Part shown: piece by piece, positions 49,047-64,000 of the stretch
How the letters are laid out: each line of letters opens with the position of its first letter
Numbering within the stretch: the stretch's first letter is position 1
Assembly (NCBI GenBank): GCA_963920595.1
Contig: OY986946.1
Coordinates: forward strand, 5,208,001 to 5,272,000
DNA length: 64,000 nucleotides
Direction of reading: 5' to 3'
Source of the DNA: Eimeria praecox
Lineage: Eukaryota
The notes under the pieces: generated by a model
The model's input: only the letters and a program-made list of their open reading frames with translations
Database searches by the model: none
What the model was told of the DNA's origin: nothing
Program-made: the position numbers and the translations under genes

Positions 49047-49350
49047 ATGAAGATGAGTGCTCTGAGTGCGGAGGTTTTGTGTTCTCTCGTCGAAGCAGCG
49101 ATGCACAACCTTCTATGTGCCCGTAAAGTCTATCCCCCAGGTTTGCTGCTGCTGCTGCTGCTGCTGTTGCTGTTGTTGCTGTTGTTGCTGCTCGTGCTGC
49201 TCCTGTTGATGCTGCTGCTGTTGTTGGTGTTGCTGTTGCTGCTGTTGCTGTTGTTGTTGTTGCTGCTCGTGCTGCTGCTGCTGCTCCTGTTGCTGCTGCT
49301 GCTGTTGTTGCTGCTCGTGCTGCTGCTGCTGCTGTTGTTGCTGCTCGTGT

Positions 49351-49381
<31 letters not shown>

Positions 49382-49600
49382 CGTGCTGCTGCTGCTGCTC
49401 CTGTTGCTGCTGCTGCTGTTGCTGTTGTTGTTGTTGTTGCTGCTCGTGCTGTTGTTGTTCCTGTTGCTGCTGCTGCTGCTGCATCGGTTATTGCTGTTGC
49501 TGATGGTGCTGCTTCATTTGCATGCGCTGCTGCAGCACAGCTGTTTCTTCTACGCTGTGTCTACTTGATAGCTGCTGCTGCCCTTGCTGCTGCTGCTGCT

Positions 49601-49637
<37 letters not shown>

Positions 49638-49878
49638 TGTTCAGAGTCGTTTACTCGCGCTCGTCGATTCGGGCAGTGGGTGTGGCTGTCTACCTCCAGA
49701 GCCCTCAGCTCCTATCTTAGGGAGGCATGCAAACCCTAAACCCTAAACCCTAAACCCTAAACCCTTAACCCTTAAGCTTTAGTCCTGAGATGCTGATGCT
49801 CCTGCTGCTGCTTCTGCTGCTCCTGCTGCTCCTGCTGTTGACGGACTACGGCGTTTGGGGCTGCTGCTGCTGCTGCTG

Positions 49879-49973
<95 letters not shown>

Positions 49974-50024
49974 CTCAGCACTCTCCCTTTAATTTATCTA
50001 TTTATATTTTACTAATTAAATAAT

Positions 50025-50119
<95 letters not shown>

Positions 50120-50426
50120 TATTTGTTTAATAGGTTTGTTGTAGTTTACTGGAGGGAGTCAAGAACGGCCTGATTGCATGCGTCTGTCTCCGCATGCACA
50201 ATAGAGAGGGATTCGCTGCTGAGGTGTATACGTTTGATTTCGCTGCTGCTGCTGCTGCTGCTGCTCGTGGTGGTGGTGGTGCTCCTGCAGCAGCAGCAGC
50301 AACAGGAGCAGCAGCAGCAGCAGCAGCAGGAGCAGCAGCAGCAACAGGAGCAGCAGCAGAGTATGATGCTACAGAAAGCATTCAAAACTTCCTCGCAAGG
50401 ACAGAGCTTATTAGCTGCTGGCTGCC

Positions 50427-50467
<41 letters not shown>

Positions 50468-50551
50468 TGGTGTCTTTCTCTGTCTGTGCCCACGTGATCC
50501 CAGAAGTAGCTGACATAGCAGACGAAATCACAGCAGCAGCAGCAACAGCAC

Positions 50552-50583
<32 letters not shown>

Positions 50584-50669
50584 CCTGAGGGCTGCAACGA
50601 CTTGTATAGATTTCTGTGCATGTGGAGAAAACCATACAGCCAAAGAAAAGACTGCTGCGGTTAGATTGA

Positions 50670-50713
<44 letters not shown>

Positions 50714-51372
50714 TTGGTGGTGGTGCTGCTGGTGGTGGTGCTGTTGCTGCTGTTGGTGGTGGTTGTGCTGCTGCTGTTGGTGGTGGTTGTGCTGCTGCTG
50801 TTGGTGGTGCTGCTGTTGGTGCTGCTGCAGTTGCTGCCGTCGTTCGTAGAAAAGACTGCTGCGGTTAGATTGCTGCTGTTGCTGTTGCTGCTGCTGTTGG
50901 TGGTGGTGGCGCTGCTGTTGTTGATGGTGCTGCTGCTGTTGTTGGTGCTGTTGCTGCTGCTGTTCTTGCTGCTGCTGCTGCTGTTCTTGCTGCTGCTGTT
51001 GGTGCTGTTGCTGCTGCTGTTCTTGCTGCTGCTGTTGGTGGTGGTGCTGCTGCTGTTGTTGGTGGTGCTGCTGCTGTTGGTGCTGCTGCTGTTGTTGGCG
51101 GTGGTGCTGCTGTTGTTGATGGTGGTGCTGCTGTTGTTGGTGCTGTTGCTGCTGCTGTTGTTGGTGCTGCTGTTGCTGCTGCTGCAGTTGCTGCCATCGT
51201 TCGTGTTGCAGGTTCATGCTGCTGGGGCTGAGGTGTACTTGTTGCTGCTGTGTTGTAGTTGCTGCTGTTGCTGCTGCTGCTGTTTCGCTGTAGCAGGCAC
51301 TGCCGTTGCTTGCTGCTGCAGTTGCTGCTGCTTCTTATGCTTCTGTTGCAGCTGCATTCTCTGCTTGGCTAT

Positions 51373-51423
<51 letters not shown>

Positions 51424-51529
51424 AGAAGGAGACAGTTGTGGGGTGCAAGGAGACGGCTTGCTGTCTGTCCCCTGTACTGCTGTAAGGTTGGGGGCTTCCC
51501 CTGTCTTGACTCTCTCAGTAGCTCTAGCA

Positions 51530-51595
<66 letters not shown>

Positions 51596-51686
51596 GAGTT
51601 GCTGCAGTGGCCTTCACAGCAGCAACAGTCCCAGCTCCCCTTGTCACAGTGGCAATCCCAGCAGCAGCAGCAGCAGCAGCAGCACG

Positions 51687-51730
<44 letters not shown>

Positions 51731-51787
51731 CTGCAGCAGGGATCAGCAGATCTAACCGAAGATGATTTGGCTGACCTCGATTTCTAG
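49047..51787 (+). CDS. REV7: HORMA-domain protein, REV7/MAD2L2-like, about 353 aa, 4 exons
   Basis: Exons 49047-49140, 49645-49724 (GC donor GAG|GCATGC), 50134-50659, 51426-51787 (1062 nt). Spliced sequence: AEVLCSLVEAAMHNLLCARKVYPPESFTRARRFGQWVWLSTSRALSSYLREVCCSLLEGVKNGLIACVCLRMHNREGFAAEVYTFDF...IQNFLAR...SFSVCAH...W...VPCTAVRLGASPVLTLSV, following the HORMA layout (EVAVHLILYVREVYP..F...L.QYI...EKFVF). Confidence 0.75.
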
Positions 51788-51924
51788 AACAAGTTGAGAA
51801 GGAGACACTTTAGGGTGTATGTACACCCCACACTTTGCATGCAAGCTGCGGTGTATGCATGCATACACCGCGACCCCGATACTGTCTAGACACCCTCTAG
51901 ACCTTCTGTCCCCTCTATCATACC

Positions 51925-52612
51925 AGCTAGCCACGTAGCTAGCTAGCCACTCGTGTAACTCGCCAGCTAGCTAGCTAGACAGCTAGGTAGGTAGCTAGCT
52001 AGCTAGGTAGGTAGGTAGGTAGCTAGCTAGCCAGACAGCTAGCTATTCAGGTAGTAGCTAGCTACACAGCGGGGCAGGACAGCCCCTCAGCTAGCTAGCG
52101 AGAGACTCCGGCGGCTAGCCAGCTAGCTAGCTAGCTAGTAATTCTGACTATCAGCCTATTGATCTATCTAGCTAACTAGCACGCTTACCTAGCTATCTAG
52201 CTAGCTATCTAGCTAGCTAGCTAGCTAGCTATCTGGCTAGCTAGCTAGTCTAACTAGCTGAAGTGTAGCGAGTAAGCAGCTAGCTATGACACACCGCCTC
52301 TCCATGAGCCCCAATGGGCACAGCATCGCTGCAGCAGCAGCTGCTGCAGCAGCAGCAGCTTAGCAGCAGCAGCAGCAACAGCAGCAACAGCAGCCAGCAA
52401 GAAGCCACCAGCTAGCTGTCCTGCTGCTGTGCTGCTAGCTAAGGAGTTACTGCCGTCCCAGTTGTATACCCGTATACACCTCCCCGTAGCTAGCTAACTA
52501 GCTAGCTAACTAACTAGCTAGCTAGCTAGCTGGCTAGCTAGCTACCACTCTAAACAGCTACATTACTATCTATCTATCTATCTAGCCAGCTAGCTAGCTA
52601 GCTAGCTAGCTG
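51925..52612. repeat. (TAGC)n-rich tract
   Basis: Multiple TAGC runs between the convergent REV7-like and RBM8A genes. Confidence 0.85.
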
Positions 52613-52992
52613 GGGTGCTGCCCGCAAGGGGCGGCTTGCCAGGGTCTCGAAGGACAAGCTGCAATAGAGGGGAAGTATGTATTCAAAAGACACACCTCTC
52701 AACACACACAACACAGCAGCAGCCAGCTCTGCTGCTGCTGTTGCAGCAGCAGCAGCAGCAGCAACAGCTGCTGCTGCTGCTGCTCTTGCTGCTGTTGCTG
52801 CAGCAGCTGCAGCTGCTGCTGCAGTGTTTGGAGAGTTCGCTCGCTGCTTCCCTTAAGGGTATGCAGCTGTATATACAGGCAGCAGCAGCCGCTGCTGCTG
52901 CTGCAGCAGCAGCAGCAGCAGTACCTGCTGCTGCAGCCATTGCTGCTGTTGCTGCTGCTTTGAGGTGTACGTACACCTGAGTCCCTGGGGGT

Positions 52993-53074
52993 TTACTTTC
53001 TCTTCTCCGGCTGCCGCACGAACGCCCAACTGACAGCTACCTTCTGCCCCAGCAGCTCTTGACCGTCCATACCT

Positions 53075-53122
<48 letters not shown>

Positions 53123-53254
53123 TATAAGCACATTGAGATGCTGGTGTTGCTGGTAATGTCGCTGTTGCAGCAGCACGAACACCGGCGAGCAGCACTGCTT
53201 CAGCGTTGGTGTTGCTGCTGCTTGTGTGGCGCTGCTCCTCCACGTACGAACGCC

Positions 53255-53305
<51 letters not shown>

Positions 53306-53433
53306 GGTGCCTACCATCTATAGCAGCCTGTGCCTCATCATATGTTTCGTATTCGACGAAGGCGTATCCCTTCACAAACCCAGAACGTCTGTCCAGATTC
53401 ATGTGCAGGTTCCTTATCGCCCCTACACACAAA

Positions 53434-53468
<35 letters not shown>

Positions 53469-53936
53469 CAAGTTGCAGCAGCAGCAGCAGCACAAGTTGC
53501 AGCAGCAGCACAAGCAGCAGCGACAGCAGCACATATTCAACTATGAGAGTGCGAAGGAGTCGGCAGCATACAGGACAAACCCTAAACCCTAAACCCTAAA
53601 CCCTAAACCCTAAACCCTAAACCCTAGATCTTCAAAACCCTACAAACCCTACGCGTTCCCCTGAAGTCGACGCCCTCCTGTTAAGTGTGCTGAGTACAAT
53701 TATTATTGCTGAGGGTTTAGGGTTTACTAGGGTTTAGGGTTTATTAGGGTTTAGGGTTTACTAGGGTTTAGGGTTTATTAGGGTTTAGGGTTTATTAGGG
53801 TTTAGGGTTTATTAGGGTTTAGGGTTTATTAGGGTTTAGGGTTTAGTACCGAAAGCATCAAATGCCTCATGTATGTCTTCTTCCTGCGCCTCCTCGTGTA
53901 TGTTTGTAGCTATAACAATCCAACCCTCAACGGCTG

Positions 53937-53968
<32 letters not shown>

Positions 53969-54020
53969 GATGAGGAGGGGCCCTGGCAGCCGTATCAGCA
54001 GCAGCAGCAGCAGCAGCCCT

Positions 54021-54051
<31 letters not shown>

Positions 54052-54664
54052 CCAGCAGCAGGAGCCGCTGCAGCAGCGTTTGCATATCTTATCCCCACAT
54101 CTGTCAGCAGCAGCATTAACATCATCATCAGCAGCAAGAACAACAACAACAACACCAACACCAACAGCAGCAGCAGCAGCAACAACAGCAACAGCAGGAG
54201 CATCAGGTGTACGTACACCTGGCTGGTGCAGGCCCCTTGCCCTTGCCTCTCCGCTTGCTTTCTCCTGTCTCCTCGAGCCGTTCGAATACGCCCGCCTGTC
54301 CTGCGTATCTATCGTCTCGGCCTCCTGCCCCTTCACGCATGCCACGACCCTGCAGCAGCAGCAGCAGCAGCGGCAGCAGCAGCAGCAGGAATAGCAGCAG
54401 CAGCAGCAGCAGAGGTAGCAGCACCGGTAAGGAGAGAAGCAGGAGCGGCAGCATCATGCAGCAGCAGAAACAGAAGCAGCAGCAGCAGCAGCAGCAAACA
54501 GATACACGGGGAGACGCAGCAGCTCTGCATGCAGGCAAGGGCTTCAAACCCTAAACCCTAAACCCTAAACCCTAAACCCTAAACCCTAGAGGGTTTGGAG
54601 GGCACACCTTCTGGCGCATCCCTCTAGAGAGGGAGGCAGAGCGACGATCTTCAGCGTCTGTCAT
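52993..54664 (-). CDS. RBM8A: RNA-binding protein 8A / Y14 (exon junction complex core), 153 aa, 5 exons
   Basis: Exons (minus) 54664-54608, 54349-54217, 53933-53850, 53422-53315, 53072-52993 (462 nt). QKGRG...[89 protein letters not shown] is the diagnostic Y14 RRM. Confidence 0.96.
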
Positions 54665-54697
54665 CTCGGCTGTTGCTGCTGCTGTTGCTGCTGCTGT

Positions 54698-54737
<40 letters not shown>

Positions 54738-54764
54738 TGAAGCCCTCGCGCTGCTGCCTGCTGC

Positions 54765-54795
<31 letters not shown>

Positions 54796-55444
54796 ATATT
54801 GCTGCTGCAGCAGATATTAATTTTCTTTGTTTGTTTGAAGCAGAGGAATTAAATAAAGTATTTGTCTACTCTGCTACTAAGGAGAGAAGCAGCAACAAAG
54901 TGTGGCTGCTAGGGTTTTAGAGGGGAATAGTAGGGAGCTCAGCCCGTTCTTTGTTTCTGTTTGTTTGTAATAAACTAAAAAGAATTAAATAAAGTTATAA
55001 GAACGCAATTTTAAAAGGAGAAAAGCAGAAAATTTATATATCGGCTGTCTGCATGCAGCCCCAAGTACAAGTACAATACCTTGAGAGAGGCAGCGGGATA
55101 GTATGAGAGGGAAGTAGGGTCTAAATGCTTCATTTGAAGCCGATTTGACTACATAGATGAATTTAAAATTAAATATTATGTTTAATTAACCCAAGAAAAC
55201 ACAAAAAATGATGCAAAAGGCATCCAGAATACCCACGCCTCCTTCCGTTCTTGGAGCTGCCTATACACCTCAGGGGCAGCAGCACAAGTACAGCAACAAA
55301 CTAAACAAAAGAAAGAGAAATTAAATAAAATAATAAAGAGAGTATTTATTTATAATAAATTAGATACAAATATAATAAAGTTAGAGAGAAAGAACGGAGA
55401 AAAAGACCTACTCAGACCTGCTACTGATGCTGCCAGAGGAATAA

Positions 55445-55528
<84 letters not shown>

Positions 55529-55593
55529 TTAAAACTAAAAACAAACAAGATAAATTGTTATTTATGTTTCTATCTTTTATTCTTTCTCTCTTC

Positions 55594-55737
<144 letters not shown>

Positions 55738-55968
55738 CTGTTGTTTTAAAACTAAAACATCTGTCTCTCTCTCTGTCTCTCTTTGTGTCTGAGCCTGCGT
55801 CTCCTCTTCTCTCTGTTGGTTTTATCTTCTGTGTTCTTAGTTCGTTTTCTTACAACTTACGTTCTCACCCTCTTATTTGCTTTTTATGTCTCCACGTTCT
55901 CTACTGCTGTCTCTTATCTACACTCCACCTTTATTATATATATATATATATATATATATGTATACATA

Positions 55969-56009
<41 letters not shown>

Positions 56010-56022
56010 GTATACATAAATA

Positions 56023-56062
<40 letters not shown>

Positions 56063-56722
56063 ATAATTATTTGTAGCTTCTCTTAATTATCCCCCCCTCC
56101 TCTCTATTTTCTCTGCTTTCTTTGTCTCTCCTCTGTCTCTGTCTCTTTCTGTTTCTTTTCTGTTTTGGTCTGCATGCATCCGTCTCTTTTAATGTCTATC
56201 TCCCTCTGTCTCTTCTATTCTCTTCTATCTACATCTCTCTATACTACAAATCTTAATATCTAATTTTATATATCTCACGCTTCGCTTCATTATCTTCTCT
56301 TTGATGCAGCTAACTCACTACTACTACCTCCAACCCAATCTGCTGCTGCTGCTGCTGGTATTGCTGCTGTTGCTGCTGCTGCACCGCAGCAACAGCAGCA
56401 AACAGCCGCACACAACACACAGCAGACCCCACGGCTCTAATGAGGGAATTCAAGTAAGCGTGACAGCACCAAAGAGTGAGGGGCTCTTCTTATGTTTATC
56501 GTTAATAAGCTTAAGCTATTTATTAAAATAAATAAAAGAGAGAAAGGAAGATAGAAGTTAAATAGTAAGGAAGAGAGAAGAGAGACAGAAAACAAAGAGA
56601 AGTACACATACACACACACTCTACCCGCATGCATGCATTTCTTCGGGTGTACAGACAGCCACTCTCAGTGTCGAACCGAACAGAGAGGAGGGCATAACCC
56701 CCCTTCGGCTGACATCAGAGAT

Positions 56723-56757
<35 letters not shown>

Positions 56758-57503
56758 ATTGCTGCTGTTGCTGCAAGGTTACAAGATCTAATTAAAACTC
56801 AAACAAAGAAGCGAAGAAACAAGAACATAAATATAAATGTTTTAAAATATAAAATATAATTTTTATGTATAACAACAAAAGAAGCAGAGAGAAACAAAAC
56901 AAATATACACAGAGACGCCACACTCACAAATCTGTGAAGTAGAAAATAAACAAAATATATAAAATATAAATACTAAGAATAAAACAAACAAAAAAAAATT
57001 AAAATATTTAAAATTTTAGGTGTACATACACCTGAAATGAATCGTATAAGGTTGTACATTCAGCTGTATATACACCTTCTTTAATTTATATTTGTTTTAT
57101 TATTATTTTCTTTCGTATCCCCCTCAGATCATCGTAACACGGTAAGCGATGGGCTGTATCTGCAGCAGCAGTAGGAAGAGCCAAACATCATCGGGGGTTT
57201 AGAACCTTCTTTCGAAGGAACAATCACACTGTGAGGTGTCTATACACCCGAGATACCCTACACCCCACACCTGGAGCAGCACAGCAGCAGGGGAGACGGA
57301 TGCAGGGATCGGGCCCCACGATCCCACGACGATCCCGGGCTGCTGCTGCACCCCTGCTGCTGCTATTAGATATATCTGTTTGCATGCATGCATGCAATCC
57401 GTTAGAAGATATTAAATTATTAAAATATATAATACAATTAAAAAATATTTGTATTTAAATAGATATATTGAATTCAAATTATTATCTAAATAAACCATCA
57501 AAC

Positions 57504-57537
57504 TGTATTCGGGTGTATGCGCATACACCCGAATACA
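57504..57537. other. Perfect 34-bp palindrome TGTATTCGGGTGTATGCGCATACACCCGAATACA
   Basis: Second 17 nt are the exact reverse complement of the first 17; lies in AT-rich DNA about 0.9 kb upstream of the RtcB ATG. Confidence 0.9.
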
Positions 57538-57826
57538 CAAACTCCTTTGATAGAAAATAAACAAAAATTATTATTTTGGGTATTAGAAATTAAATCAAAT
57601 TCTTTCGACATTCTTCATATCAAATATACAGACAAAATCATACACCAATAAACTATAAACCCTAAACCCTAAACCCTAAACCCTAGACCTGGTGAGCCCG
57701 AGGCTGGTGGGCGTTAGTCAACAAATCCTTCTTCTTTAATTTGTAATTAACTTCAGCTGTATCCGCAGCTTCTTCAGGTGTATTTGCAGCTCCATTCCTG
57801 CGAGAACACCCCACAATTCCTACGAA

Positions 57827-57871
<45 letters not shown>

Positions 57872-57910
57872 GCGAGCACCAGCAGCGACAAGCAGCAGCA
57901 GCAGCAGCCT

Positions 57911-57952
<42 letters not shown>

Positions 57953-58235
57953 CAGCAGCAGCAGCAGCAGCAGCAGCAAGCACTCTGTGTAGCCGAAGAC
58001 ACTCTAGGGGCCTCCGTGTGCGTTGGAGGCCGTATAACGCAATAACAAGACCCACGCAGCAGCAGCAGCAGCTGCTGCTGCTGCTGCTGCTGCCACAGGA
58101 GCAGCTGCAGCAGCTGCAACAGCAGCAGCAGCAGCAGCAGCTTGTCTGAGGAAGAGCAGAAGACAGAAACAGCTACAGGAGGGTGTTTCTAGGGAGGCAG
58201 CCGCAGCGCCGCAGCTGCAGCTGCAGCAGCAACAG

Positions 58236-58292
<57 letters not shown>

Positions 58293-58295
58293 TAA

Positions 58296-58348
<53 letters not shown>

Positions 58349-58352
58349 GCAA

Positions 58353-58420
<68 letters not shown>

Positions 58421-58425
58421 GCACA

Positions 58426-63801
<5,376 letters not shown>

Positions 63802-64000
63802 ACCAATACACTAAAACGCATGCAGCCCCATTCTCTCAACACCCTTTCTATCCGCAACTCTGCTGAGACTGTGAGCCCCCATCTCATCCGCCTCTCCACT
63901 GTTCTGTTGTTGGTAGAAATCTGTACAACTCGAAGACTGTCATAGCAGCAACGCCCCCAGGCACTCTTACCGGCAATTTAACAAGCACAAGATACTGAAG

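Noticed and set aside
50528..51217. 229-aa poly-Q/H minus-strand ORF (also 49113-49484)
   Set aside because: Antisense to CTG-rich introns of the REV7-like gene; almost no complex sequence.

Overview
Eukaryotic, intron-rich genomic DNA with the repeat signature of an Eimeria-type coccidian (Apicomplexa): pervasive CAG/CTG trinucleotide tracts, interstitial telomere-like (AAACCCT)n arrays, TGCATGCA octamers, (TA)n and GGGGCCCC-rich tracts. Most of the six-frame ORF track is repeat-derived shadow ORFs. By joining exons manually (GT/GC-AG sites, phase-checked) I reconstruct about 11 genes: a 1644-aa low-complexity hypothetical protein (-), HTATSF1/Cus2 splicing factor with a GYF_2-like domain (+), UBA4/MOCS3 (-), JMJD5/KDM8-like JmjC oxygenase (+), a small secreted atypical Kazal-type inhibitor with only two cysteines (+), a Q-rich protein with a cryptic TAF11-like histone fold (-), a uS2-like ribosomal protein (+), a Q/A/P-rich hypothetical protein (+), NMNAT/NadD (-), a REV7-like HORMA protein (+), RBM8A/Y14 (-) and RtcB RNA ligase (+). 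The most notable observations are the repeat-masked TAF11-like and HORMA genes, the one-disulfide Kazal domain, a polarity rule in which telomere-like arrays bracket exons (AGGGTTT before acceptors, AAACCCT after donors), and a dispersed GGTGTA-NN-TACACC palindrome family. Family calls come from motifs recalled from memory; no database searches were run. No tRNA, rRNA, CRISPR or mobile element was recognised.
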